Assembly: GCF_009914755.1 (NCBI RefSeq)
Contig: NC_060927.1
Length of the DNA: 64,000 nt
From: the human T2T-CHM13v2.0 reference genome, Homo sapiens
Strand: one strand, 5' to 3'
In this document: positions 32,017 through 51,118 of the stretch, piece after piece
How the letters are laid out: each line of letters starts with the position of its first letter
How positions within the stretch are numbered: position 1 is the first letter of the stretch
Translations under genes and position numbers: made by a program
The notes under the pieces: generated by a model
The model's database searches: none
What the model saw: the letters and a program-made list of their open reading frames with translations, nothing else
Told to the model about the DNA's origin: nothing

Positions 32017-32997
32017 TGATCCGCCCGCCTCGGCCTCTTAAAGTGCTGGGATTACAGGCGTGAGCCACTGCGCCCGGCTTCTGCCAGCTTTCTAGTAGTG
32101 ATTTGGCAGTCACCAAATACATGCATGGTATGGCTAAGAGTGAAAGTGATATGAGAAAAGTAAAGCAGAGTAAAGGCTAGTGAAGGATGGTGGAGTCTGT
32201 GCTATTTTCAGGTGATCAGGGAAGGCACCTGTCATGGGGTGGCATTTGAGCTGAGACATCTTAATTGAAGTGAGGGAATGAGCCATCTGGGGGAAGAGCC
32301 CTCCAAACAGGGAGCAGTCATTGCAAAGGCCCTGAGGTAAGAATATGTCCAGAATGTTGGAATCAAGTAAGAAAGGGAGAAAGTGGAGGTGAGGAGGATA
32401 GATAGATGGAGAGGGACCAGAGCACATACAGCCTTATAGCTGGAATTTGGATTTCATTTTCAGTGTGAATTGAAAGCAGAAAAAATGTCAGAAATCTCAT
32501 TCTAGAAATTTACCCCAAAGAAATAATTCAAAAACGTTCTAACAGCAATAAGATGGTAATGGCTATTATGCTTACCAATAAAGGAAATAAATGATAGCAT
32601 ATTTGCATGTTGAAATATTATATAGCAGCCACTAAAAACAATAAACATGAAGACAGTGTACCAACATGGGAAAGGCTTGATAAGTATTTTATGATTATAT
32701 CCATATAATTCATGCATGTTGGCGATCAAGGACTAAAAATGAATGTAGAAAAATGACCGCTGTTGACTTTTTCAGTAGTGAAATTGTAGGTGATTGTGTT
32801 CTCTTTTTTAGAATTTTCTGTAGGGCAATGAAGACAACTTGGTAGAATGAGTTTTAGGCTGTGGTGAAGTAGTTACTCCATTAGATAGATTCTCAAAGGG
32901 CCTGGGCTAAGTAATGTCAGTTCAGTTAGGGCCTGAGTCTCCCGTGGGCCAAGACTCGTCTCTGAAAGCACCTCACAGCTTTCCCTCTTTCCTCTAG

Positions 32998-33138
32998 TGC
33001 CCTGGAGGCTCTGATCAACTTTGCCTACAACGGCAACCTTGCCATTGACCAGCAAAATGTCCAGTCATTGCTGATGGGGGCGAGCTTCCTGCAGCTGCAG
33101 AGCATCAAAGACGCCTGCTGCACATTCCTTCGAGAACG
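32998..33138 (+). CDS. KLHL18: KLHL18 coding exon 3 (BTB: [48 protein letters not shown])
   Basis: ttccctctttcctctag| acceptor; CG|gtgagg donor; 141 nt; frame continuous with exons 2 and 4; absent from the ORF track. Confidence 0.96.
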
Positions 33139-33423
33139 GTGAGGTGATGTGGTGGGCCTGGTGGAGAACATGACTATTTCATTTCTGGAATCTTCTGCCA
33201 GTTTGCTGAGTTCTTGGGACCATATATAGGTTTATGAAGGGAGTGAGCTGGAAAGGTTATTCTGCAGCACTTACATTTCTTGAAATCAGTTTGTAGCAGT
33301 GCCCACTTCTTTGAGATGAATTTTTTCAGAACATGATTTACATAGTCCAGCCTGCCCTTTCCCTTGGCTTGACATGTACATCTTCTGTTCCTCCCCCTCC
33401 GATCTCACCAGCCACTAATTTAG

Positions 33424-33995
<572 letters not shown>

Positions 33996-34726
33996 TGACC
34001 TTCTGCCTGAGCAGTTAAGAAGGCTCTCCCTCCCCCTCAAGAGCCAGAGCTCTTAGTCATAAGGTAAAGGCCTTTTAACCAGCAGAGGCTTGGGGATGTG
34101 GGTTAGTGCTGGGCCACAGACAGGCAGGAGGACCCCAAACAGCACCCCTGTGTCTATGGTGCTTCACACACCCAGCCTTCACCTGAGCCTACTCTGATCA
34201 CTAGGTATCTGGTCTGTCAGCATTCCTCCTGACTCAGATCTGCCCTCCGAACCTCATCCCCTCATGGAGCTGACCTCCCCTCCCCTATTCTCACTCCACC
34301 TATCCAGTTCAGTTAGCAGCTTATGGACCACACCCGCTGTCTGTTCATATCCTGCCCACACGGTGCTCATGGTCATCACACTGAGTACTGCTGTGTGTAC
34401 AGCTAATCAAATAACCGTGGTAATGATGCCTAAGATTTAGTGGGGAGCTCATCTGCTGAACACTGGGTAAAGGGTTTCATCCTGAGGTAAGTGGTGCTGT
34501 TCGCAGTTTTATAAAGACCTTGTAGTAAGAGTAAAGCTGCGGAACCAACCTTGTCCCTGCTGTGGGATGCCTTCTGGGGCAGGCCAGAGGGTGCATATGG
34601 AGATGTGAGGAGCACACACTATCTTTCCTGCTCGTTTGTGAGCTTTTTAAGACACAGACTGGACTTAGTTCACCTCTTTTTCCCACAGAACTTGGAAAAT
34701 GACTTCCTTTTTTCTTTTTCTTTCTT

Positions 34727-34766
<40 letters not shown>

Positions 34767-35534
34767 CTGTAAGGTAGAGCCCCAGGCTTGGAGGCCTTGG
34801 GCTTTACCACTGCTGAAATGACTCTGTGGCTAAGTAGGATTAATCCTGGAAAGGATTGTTGACGAGCCTCGAATCTTCACCAATGGACAACAGCTCCACC
34901 TAGGGGGCTTTTGAGATTGTCACTGTCAACACTGGATCCAGGCTATGTTGTAAAGTACTGTTATCTAAAAGTTGCTTAGAAAAGTGATTTTTAGGCCAGA
35001 TGAGGTGGTTCATGCTGTAATCCCAGCATTTTGGGAGGCCAAGGCAGGAGGATTGCTTGAGGTTAGGATTTCCAGACCAGCCTGTATGGCAGAGCAAGAC
35101 CCTGTCTCTACAAAAAAAAAATTTTTTTAATTAGTCAAGTGCAGTGGCTCACATCTATAGTCCCAGCTACTGGAGAGGCTAAGGTGGGAGAACTGCTTGA
35201 ACCAGGAGCCCAAGGCTGCAGTGAGTTACAATCACCTTACTCCAGCTTGGGCAACTGAGCAAGACTCTGTCTCTAAAAACTAAAAAGAAAAAAGAAAAGT
35301 CATTTTTAGGCCAGTGCAGGTTTGCATGCACCAGTAGCATTTTAGGAATAAGTACTTACGCATAAACCTGATGTTTTGAGCCTATCTTTGACATTTTTTC
35401 ATTCAGCCCTTCAGGACCCTTTCTGAGACCTAAACCTATACCTCTCCTGTTTCCTGCCACAGACTCCAGAGCCATGGCCTGCTTTCTGTTTTCTCACCAG
35501 TAGTTCCTATTATTGTCTCTGTTCCTTGGAATGA

Positions 35535-35844
<310 letters not shown>

Positions 35845-36215
35845 TAGCCAGGATGGTCTCGATCTCCTGACCTTGTGATCCGCCCGCCTCAGCCTCCCAA
35901 AGTGCTGGGATTACAGGCGTGAGCCACCACGCCCAGCCGAGGGTGCATCATTTTCAAGATTTGATTGCCAGCGACTTGAGGAAAACCATTCTGAGCACCA
36001 GTGGAAAAGATATGTGACAGCACAGAGAAGCCACAATGCCATCAGAGTTCTTAAAGCCACAGTTCCTGAGGCTGCTCAGTCTATTACATCTTCAGCCCGC
36101 TGCTTTTTTTCCCCCTGAGGCTGGGGTTGACTTTTTCTGGTGGCCCTATTTCCGGCCTTCAAATGTATGGGCCTCCTTGCTTTTAGGCAAGCACTGGAGC
36201 TGTGTATTTTCTTGC

Positions 36216-36762
<547 letters not shown>

Positions 36763-37077
36763 TAACCTGTTTAATTCAAGTCACCGCTTCCTGCCTCTGA
36801 TAAAGCATTATGTCTTATGCTGTCTTCTTGCTTCCAAAGTCAAGCTGTGTCAGCAAGGAAGAAGGTTGTGATGTGGCTAATGAAAGACGTGGGTCTCCAT
36901 CAACCCTGTAGCTGTAGGTTTATTTTCCCTCATATCTCCCTCCTCCTCTTGCATGGGCCCCCTTCCTGTGTGGCCGCTCTCCTTCCTTTTCCCCCACTAA
37001 TTGCCTCACAAACAGGCTCCCCACGTCCCCCATCCTCTTGGATGTAAAAGCCCAGTTCAGTTAAGAAGGTGTGTTTT

Positions 37078-37739
<662 letters not shown>

Positions 37740-38457
37740 TCAAAGACACCCAAAAATAAGGTACGAGAATCCTAACCTGAGAAGGAGAGTTTGGAAATGA
37801 ATGCCAATGGCTACGTTGATCATTGGCTCCCATATCCTTGGACTTGATCCAGCTTCTGCCCCGTGGCATTTTGAATCCTCCTCTCAGGTTGATGTCAAAG
37901 TGTTAGGAAATAGTGAAGCACATGCTGTAGAGGCCCAGGGAAGGTTTATCTTTATATCTGCCTTATATTTGTAAAGTGCTTTAACAAGTCTCATTCAATC
38001 ACTATAAGTGCTTTAGGAGAAAGGCATTTGACAGATGACTGAGCTGACATTCTGACCTTCAGCGCTGTATTCCTCAGTGGCCATGAACTTTGCCTACATC
38101 TTGCTCTCTGCTTATGTTTCTGTGCTCTTCTAAATTCACATCAGTTTCCAAAGCAATGGACAGAGCAAGCTCAGGCTGGAATGAAATAACTATGTAGAAT
38201 TTTGACTAGTCATAAAGCCAGGCTCCAAGGTACCTTGCCCATTCATTCAGTCCTTGATGGGTCAACTGCTAGGGGACAATAGTGAATATTGCTAAATAAA
38301 TATAACCCTGTGCCTAAAACCTTAACGTCGGGGAAAAGACATAAACCTTTCTAATGAAGAAAAGCATGCCCGGCCAATTTTTAATCTGATCAATACCATC
38401 CCTACAGAGAATCAGTCATGGAGCCAAATAAGAATCCCCCAGGGTCTGCTGCTGTCA

Positions 38458-38667
<210 letters not shown>

Positions 38668-39319
38668 TTAATTAGCTAGGTGTGTGGTTTCAGCTACTTG
38701 GCAGGTTGAGGTAGGAGGATCACTTGAGCTCAAGAGGTCAAGGCTATCATGAGCCATAATTGCACCACTACACTACAGCCTAGGTGACAGAATAAGACCT
38801 TGTCTCAAAAAACAAAAACAACCATAATAAAAAATTAAGACAGCCATTAACTTCATACCAGGTACCATGTATCATGGCTCAGCCCTAAGAGGTGGGTAGC
38901 TGTTGTCATCATCTTCTTTCAGGTGAGCAAATTACTGACACTTGGAAGAACATAACCCACCCAAGTTGCCCCATGAGCATCAGGGCCAGGATTTATCCTG
39001 GGTTTCTCTAGCCCTGATGAGTGTAAGTCTGCCAGGCTACCGTGGGAATGTGCACAAGAGTCCTGATTTCAATCTCAGCACCACCACTTGCTTATCTCAA
39101 GGGACTGTGAGCACCATTTTTGGTTTCCCTGAGCCTGTTTTCCATCTGTGAGTGCGTTACTACTTTACAGGTTAAGAAGATTCTGGAGAATGTGTATAAA
39201 AGGCCTAGCAAAACACTTGACTCACTGATGGTAAATAAATGATAGCTGCTGCTGTTGTTTCTGCTTGTCTGAACAATTAGGCCCGTGGAGTCTCTTTCTA
39301 TCTAAAACAAGAAAAAATC

Positions 39320-39970
<651 letters not shown>

Positions 39971-40394
39971 CTGTCTGTGTTTTTTAAACTCTAATTCTGT
40001 GACTTCAGTGCCTTCCTTGTGACCAAAGTTGAGATAATGCCCTGGACACTCAACCAGGAATTTCAGTGGTGGAACGTCTCAAACAGATTTTCAGTGCCTG
40101 CACTCCTGTGATGGTTACTTCTCACCTTCTGACAGTTACTTTACAGAACTACCCAGAGAGCTCATTCCACCTGACGCACAGAGCACCAGGCCCAAAAGGC
40201 AGGGACCTTTGAGGATAATCTTTCTTCTTAATTTTATACCTTTAGAAGTTGAGTCCCAGAGAAATACAGTTTCCAACAAAGCTGAGGTTAAGAATTTGTT
40301 TTCATTCTGTGGCTCTACCCAGAACCAGCCTGAGAATGATCAAAGATAACATCCTTTCTTCCTCTAATTTTTTTTTTCTTTCCTTATGCCAAAG

Positions 40395-40593
40395 GCTTCA
40401 CCCAAAAAACTGCCTGGGTGTGCGCCAGTTTGCTGAGACAATGATGTGTGCTGTGCTGTACGACGCTGCCAACAGCTTCATCCACCAGCACTTTGTGGAG
40501 GTGTCCATGTCAGAAGAGTTCCTGGCCCTGCCCTTGGAAGACGTGCTTGAGCTGGTGTCTCGGGATGAGCTGAATGTCAAATCTGAGGAGCAG
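40395..40593 (+). CDS. KLHL18: KLHL18 coding exon 4 (BACK domain: [18 protein letters not shown]...ELNVKSEEQ)
   Basis: Long U-tract + aaag| acceptor; CAG|gtatgt donor; 199 nt; BACK motifs [19 protein letters not shown]. Confidence 0.96.
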
Positions 40594-41139
40594 GTATGTG
40601 AGCCCAGTAGCAGTCTGTGCAGGTGACATGAGATGCTGCTCTTTATAGTCATTGTTTTGTTTATGTATTTTTTTACAAAGTTAAGATCATGACATGTATG
40701 TGGCTGTTGTATATTATTGGGCTTGTTTTACTGTATCATGCATTTTTCATGAAAACTTTCTATGTTTTATTTATTTTTTTGAGATAATATCTTGCTCTGT
40801 CACCTAGGCTGGAGTGCAGTAGCAAGATCATAGCTTACTGCAGCCTCATCCTCCCACATCAGCCTCCCGAGTAGCTGGAACTACAGGCACATACCACCAC
40901 ACCCAGCTAGTTTTTGTATTTTTTGTAGAGACCGGGTTTCACCATGTTGCCCAGGCTAGTCTTGAACTACTGTCCTTAAGTGAGTTCAGCCTCCCAAAGT
41001 GCTGGGATTATAGGCGTGAGCCACCGCACCTGGCCTCCATACATTTTAGTGTCTAAATAGCATTCTGTTGATTTTTGTCAACCTACTCACCTTATTCTTG
41101 CATGTTTGGGTTATTTCCAATATTTACTATTAGAAATAA

Positions 41140-42830
<1,691 letters not shown>

Positions 42831-43599
42831 AGAAATTTGAGGAGGGATTAAAAGGTATGATTTATTTTCCTCTTTCCTCTAGAAAAGGGGGATGCTAGAG
42901 AGGTGAAGCGGGCTTGATAGGAGCCTGGGAGAAAAGTGGATCCTGGGCTTGGCAGCATAGACACTGTGGTTTCGAGGAAAAAGCCTCATTCCAAAAACTA
43001 GGTGTCCTGTCCCTAGCTCTTAAACTAATTAATATGACGGGGGGCGGGGGGGCAGCTCACATTTCTTTGAGTGATACATTTCATAAGGGCTGTAGGGCTT
43101 TAGAGGGAGAGGTCCTTGTGGTTGGAGCCATTAAGAAAGGCTCCTTGGAGAACATGGATCTAGAGCCAGGCCTTAAAAATAGGGGAGTGGGTTTAGATGA
43201 AGAGGAGGAGATGAGGGCATTTTAGATGAGGGGGGACAGTGTAAACAGGAGAACCAGCCCAGCCTTGCCGGAGTACAGAGAGGGTGATGGAGGGAGTTTA
43301 GAGGGAGCAGGGGTACAGGAGCAGCGGGAAGGGAAACAGGCATTTTGTTTTCACAGAAAGTAATAAGATGCCATTGATGATTTTTCACTAGGAAATCATA
43401 ATCATAATGAAATTCAGGAAGCTGTTCTAGTAGCCTAGGAAGTAGAGAGAAATCAGGGATTTCAGAGACAAGTAGGAGAAAAGATTGATGGGCCCAAGGG
43501 ACTGCTTCAGTATAGGAAGTGGAGGCATTGAGATTGGAGGCCTGGGGTGTGGCCTCTGGGTGGGAGGATTTGCTGCCAGAACATCCACTCTCATGACAG

Positions 43600-43760
43600 G
43601 TCTTTGAAGCTGCATTGGCCTGGGTCAGATACGACCGGGAGCAGAGGGGTCCCTACCTGCCTGAGCTGCTGTCCAATATCCGCCTGCCCCTCTGTCGGCC
43701 CCAGTTCCTTTCAGACAGAGTACAGCAGGATGACCTGGTGCGTTGCTGCCACAAATGCAG
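43600..43760 (+). CDS. KLHL18: KLHL18 coding exon 5 (BACK: [16 protein letters not shown]...[27 protein letters not shown])
   Basis: gacag| acceptor; AG|gtgagt donor; 161 nt; in frame with neighbours. Confidence 0.95.
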
Positions 43761-45125
43761 GTGAGTGAGGGTGGACCTGCACAGGACACTGCCAAAGGTC
43801 TAAGCAGGGAAGAGGAGTTGGCCACCTGTTCCAGTTCTGGAAAGAAAGCATTTAGAGTGATCAGTCTAATTCATGGCACACAGATTGGTCTGCCCTCTGT
43901 CTAGAAGCTGGAACAGGAAGTGTGAAGAGCCCGAATCTTATGCCTTGGGCAGAGAGATGTGCCATGTGGGAGCATCAAAGCAGAAAGGGCTTTCCCCTGC
44001 TGAGTTATCTGAGGATTTTCCAGCATCTTTCCCCACTGAGCTATTTATGAATGTGCAACCATCTTTACTGCCTGCTCTGACCCTGTCCACACCAGCAGCT
44101 CACTCAGTGGCGCAAATGGGACTTCCTGGGGCTCATTGCCCTCTTCAGTAAATATTAGTCAGTGCTGTGGGCATGGAGGGCCTCTGCCAGGTGTAGGCTT
44201 TACATCTACGATGATGGGCAAGGGGCAGACATGTTTACCAACACATGAAACTTTTACCCAGAGCAAATCAATGACAACATGGTACAGCAGAGTTACCCAA
44301 ACAGTTCAGAAGATGGCAGCCCTATAGGATGATTGCTGTAAAAGTAGAACAGCAGAGAAAAATGTTCATTCTCCTCCAGATTGCTTATCAAATTCACAAC
44401 CCTGAAATATTTTTTTCTCCTTTGCTGATAAAAACTTTACACACATTCAGCTTTCTTTCATTTTCCAACTCCTGGTTGGGATCAGCTGGTTCAGGAGGAA
44501 GTAAGTGCCTGTCCATGGCAGATGGTGTGAAGGTGTGTGTCAGGATGGGGTGGAGTAGTGTCTGGAGGTAGCTAGGGCCCAGTGACCAGCGGTCTCAAGG
44601 GTGCTGTTGAGGAGTTTGGACTTTATTCTGTCGGCAGTGGGTGGCTATTGAAGGTTCTTAGCTTGAACTCTAGTGTGGAAGTGGAATGGAGGGGCAGGCC
44701 TGAGGCAGGGAAATGTGTCAGGAGCTGCCACCGTGGAGATGAGTGGTGATTAATTGCAGGTTGCAAGCCACGGTGCAGTCGTAGGGATGGAAAGGAAGGG
44801 CTAGGTCTGAGTGGCAACAGGGTGCATGCTGCTTGTCGAAACTCCCAGGTCCAGCCATTTTGGCCACTACCTTGTTTTTCTCATGCCTAATCTACACTAG
44901 CTGAGGTAGTCTTTGCTTGTCTTGCCCCTTTAATTTTGAGTATATCTCAGTAGCCATGTATGATTTTCCCAGAACTCACCTGGTTTCTTTGAGACCAGAC
45001 CTTCCAGAAGGCTTCTCCTCCCAGGTTTCCCCTGCAGTTGGCAGTGGGGAGCCAGGCTCAGAGATGCAAACGAGGACTAAGTCAGGGGGATACCTCCTGT
45101 TCTAGCATCTTCCACCTTATTCTAG

Positions 45126-45262
45126 GGACCTGGTAGACGAAGCAAAGGACTACCACCTCATGCCAGAGCGCCGGCCCCACCTGCCAGCTTTCAGAACCCG
45201 GCCACGCTGCTGCACATCCATCGCTGGACTTATCTACGCTGTAGGGGGCCTCAACTCAGCAG
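45126..45262 (+). CDS. KLHL18: KLHL18 coding exon 6 ([16 protein letters not shown]...[10 protein letters not shown]; start of Kelch 1)
   Basis: ttattctag| acceptor; CAG|gtacct donor; 137 nt; in frame. Confidence 0.95.
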
Positions 45263-45969
45263 GTACCTTGCGGCTCCCCTTTATAGACCCTCCTCTTGGA
45301 CTCCATGGATGAGGAAGCACCAGACAAATTAGCCTGGCCCTTCTGGTTTCTCTGTTTTGTACTGTCACCACCCTTGCCCCTCTTGATTTTATACAATTGC
45401 TCTACAGTTAGAGCATGTCACATATTCATGCCATTGAATCAGAATATCAGTGCTAAAGAGACCTTCTAGAAATCTTTGAGGCCTAGCCTTCTTACCTGAC
45501 AAGTGAGGAAATTGAGCCCCACAGAACTTTCACTATGTTCATACAATTGTTTTTGGCAGAGCAAGGACTAGAACTTGGGTGTTCTGATTCCTGAGCCAGC
45601 ACTTTTGCCCTAATATCACATTGGCTATGGTATAGCATCCTTCAGCCCCGGATAGGATACAGTCAGAGACCCAGTTCCATACCAGGCTATTCACATTTTG
45701 TCATATGGATCTCTGGGGTTAGACTGAGAAAGTCCCCAAGAGAAAGATTATCCAAATACACAGGGTCTACCACTGTCAATAATACTTTTTACTCTTCAGC
45801 CCCACCCCCTGTGAAACACACACATGCTTTACAGTCCGTGGGTTATTGGCAGTTTTTGAATCTAAGAGTAAGGTTTTCAGAAAGCTGCATGGCCTCCCAA
45901 CTTGGGGGCAGTTGGTGGGCACTCCCAGGCAGTTTTGTTTTTATTTTTTATTGTTTTTAATTTTTTTGA

Positions 45970-46074
<105 letters not shown>

Positions 46075-46977
46075 TGAGTAGCTGAGACTACAAGCTCATG
46101 CTACCACGCCCAGCTAATTTTTCTATTTTTAGTAGAGATGGGGTTTCACCATGTTGGCCAGGCTGGTTTTGAGTTCCTGACCTCAAGTGATCTGCCCACC
46201 TTGGCCTCCCAAAGTGCTGGGATTACAGGTGTGAGCCACCGCACCTGGCCCAGTTTTGTTTTTAATTGAAGGTTAATGAGAGTTGGGTACTAGCTGCTGC
46301 TTGTTAATCAGAGGGCCTGGAACAGGTAAATCCTCAACTCAGTGCACGCTGGAGCGGCGTGCAAATGAAATGCTAAGTGCCCCATAGCAGCATACCACAG
46401 GAAGAGGGGGTTATTTTGTTTGATCATCACAAAAACCTGATGAAAAAGGTAGGGCTGGAATGATCATTCCTTGCTACTATGACTATTTATTGAGCGCTAA
46501 GTTTATTCTAGAACCATGCTAGGTGCTTTACCTGTTATATCATTTAATCCATAAAGATTATCTCCATTTCACATGTGAAGCAGAGGGTGGGGACACAAAG
46601 CCCCTTGCCTTGGGTCACCCCCTAGCAAATGAAAGCACTGGAGCGCATGCCCGTCCCTCTGGCATGCCTCCTGCCTGGAGGAAATATTGTATCGATTCAC
46701 CTATACCTTTGGCTTTAAGCAGGTGGAGTACCTGATTGTAACTGAAAACTACCCTCTCTAAAAAATAAATACCTCCTGTCTGATTCTGATTTTCCTTAAA
46801 GAATTAGGTTTGAGGTGATCATGGCTGAAATTTCTTAGTGGGCCCTTGTGCCTTGAGTAATTCTGTGGGAAGAGCTAATAGAATTGAGTCGAATGTTCCA
46901 TATAATCAATGCCCAATAGCTGTGCTCTAAACAAGTGGTCTCATTTGTTTTAATTTGAGTAGCAAATTTTTATGCAG

Positions 46978-47200
46978 GTGATTCCCTGAATGTGGTGGAA
47001 GTGTTCGACCCCATTGCCAATTGCTGGGAGAGATGCCGTCCCATGACAACAGCCCGCAGCCGCGTTGGCGTGGCTGTGGTGAACGGGCTTCTCTATGCCA
47101 TCGGAGGATATGACGGCCAGCTACGGCTGAGCACTGTGGAGGCCTACAACCCGGAGACAGACACATGGACCAGAGTGGGGAGCATGAATAGCAAGAGAAG
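46978..47200 (+). CDS. KLHL18: KLHL18 coding exon 7 (Kelch 1-2: [17 protein letters not shown]...LYAIGGYDG...MNSKR); alternative acceptor at 46963 adds 15 nt
   Basis: tatgcag| acceptor; AAG|gtattc donor; 223 nt; Kelch GG/Y/W signature. Confidence 0.95.
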
Positions 47201-48969
47201 GTATTCTGGAAGCCACGTGCAGCCCGAACATACACACTGAGCACCTGGGGAGCGCCATGCTAGACGAGCAGGGGCACACAGTAGAGTAAAATACAAGCTT
47301 TGGCCTGGGAGTTTCCTGCAGCCAGGCCAGCCACTGCCAGTACCTCCTGGGAGCGAGCCCCCATCTGCTTAAAAGTAAAATATCCACCTTGTCCTTTGGG
47401 GAACTTGGGGAGACCAGGCTTGGACATGTGGAAGTTGTGTTGTTATTTTAAGTGCCAGATAAGGACTGGAAATGTGTATTATGGAAGATTCGAAGAGGGA
47501 GAGAAACTGGACTGGAACTTCTGGAAGATTTCAGGGAAGAGGTGGGATTAAAGTTGAAACTTGAAGAATAAGGAGGATTTACCTTTATTAGTGATAAAAG
47601 GAAATCCAAGGTGTTTTTCTGTGTACCTTCCTTCCCCAGGACTCCCCTCACACATGCACTTCCACTACCTGGGGAGAATACGAACCAAAGCAATGTTCTT
47701 TTATTTAGGTCACACACATTCTCCCAGACAGGAGCACATAGGTATTTGCAAGGTGGGCCAAGTTGATATGTCACTCAGTACATTCTAGCTACCTGCTCTC
47801 TCCACTTCTCTGCTTATATTGTCTGAATAAGAAGTGGGATTAGAAGACATCCCAGTGCCTTTGTTTAGCCCTTCTTACTGCTGAGGTGACAGGTGGCATG
47901 TTTCATTATGTCAGACACGTGATGGAGTCATCACATGTGTGGGCAGCTGAAAAGCTGGCGCAGCCCAAGGAGGGGAGAGGAAAGCTGCCCAGGGCCCCCT
48001 GGCCGTTACCCAGGACAGCTCTGCACTGATTGCTTTTACACATTGAGCTTCCTTGATATATGCCTAATGTTGTTCCACATCCAGCAGCGTTTGCATGTGG
48101 ATGTGAGCTGGGAGGGATCTGCCTTTGTACTGGTGAGACCAGTTCACAAAGCATCGGAGTAGGTTCCTTTGGGAAGAAAAAAATACGTAAGATCTGCCCC
48201 TCCCAAGAACGCGTTGAGAGTCCTTTCCTCCCACCATCCCCACTTTTGCTCCTTGGATACTTTGCAGCTTCCTATGTTTGAGTGACTCATTGCTCCGTGT
48301 CCCCAACCATGAGTAGCTTTTTTGCTTTGACTGCAGTCAGCTGTCCTTCCTTGTGTGTCTGCTCTGGACCACTTCCTTGCTTTGATGTTACTGGGTTTAG
48401 AGGGCTGTCTTGGAGGAAAGTTCTCTGGGTATTCCTTTCCTTCACTGTGGTTAATATCCTGTTATTAGTGTGGGCCCGGTTCCATTACATCCCTTTTAAA
48501 TTACAGGCTACCTTAAAACGTTCCTAGTCACTTCTCTTCTGACATCCCACACAGCTGTCTGTTCTGCCAGTTAGTGACATCCTGCCATCTTTCCTTCCTA
48601 TCTCCCCCAGTGTTCTACGCCATCCCATAGACCTTTCTTACACTGGACTATTCCAGTCCATGCTGATCAGCATTTTCTCCTTCTCTTCACACTCGCCTTT
48701 ACCACCTAGTTGATAGTTAATCTCATGCAGTTTTGGGGCACCTCTTAATTCATTTTCATATTGTTCAACACCTGTTTTGTTATGTAATTTTTATGTTTGT
48801 TTTGTGTCCGTATCCAGAAGGATAGTGATCATGTCTAGTAAATTTGTGATCTTCCCACAATACTTGCCTAAGGCAAGTCCCTCTCCTCTTTCTGGCTGGT
48901 TCAGGGGGTCAGTTATCATGTCCCTGAAAGGGACATTCTGTGGATCAGTTTGATTACTATGTACATTTA

Positions 48970-50490
<1,521 letters not shown>

Positions 50491-51013
50491 AAAATTACAC
50501 ACAGAAGTGGCAGATAGATTCCTGGTAGCCTATAATGTCAGAACATAAGTGCTTTGTGGGCTGGAACTTTGGCTTGCTTACCACTCTAAACCCCAGCTGT
50601 TACAGATCTGATGGATGAATGAATGATTGTAACAACTGCTGATTAATAAGCCACTCAGGGAGCGTGGGGGTGGGAAAGAGTAATTCTTACAAAGGGGAGG
50701 AAGAGGAGAGTGGAAGTTGAGTTGGGCCTTCAAGGTAAATTCGACCTTCACATGGTGAGGTGGAAGGTAAGCATTTTAGAAAGATTAAGGACAGAGAAGA
50801 GCAGGGAGGGGAGGCAGCCTGCGGTAGAAGGGTGGGGCACAAGAGGAATGATGGGGCAGCTTCTGTCACCTCAGTTTTATGCCTTTACTTAGTCACATAC
50901 CTTAGATTTACGTTGCAGAAAGAGGCAATTGATAGGTTTGTTTCTCAGTGGGCAAGAGAGGCTGCTCCAGGAAGGCTGCGGCTCATCTGGGATGACAGCT
51001 CTGTCTGTTTCAG

Positions 51014-51118
51014 TGCCATGGGGACAGTCGTGCTGGATGGGCAGATCTACGTCTGTGGGGGCTACGATGGCAACTCTTCCCTCAGCTCCGTGGAGACCTA
51101 CTCACCTGAGACGGACAA
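51014..51118 (+). CDS. KLHL18: KLHL18 coding exon 8 (Kelch 3: [36 protein letters not shown])
   Basis: tgtttcag| acceptor; AA|gtaagg donor; 105 nt. Confidence 0.96.

Noticed and set aside
50760-51013. In-frame open extension upstream of exon 8
   Set aside because: Intronic; it would disrupt Kelch spacing, and the canonical acceptor at 51013 gives the correct repeat
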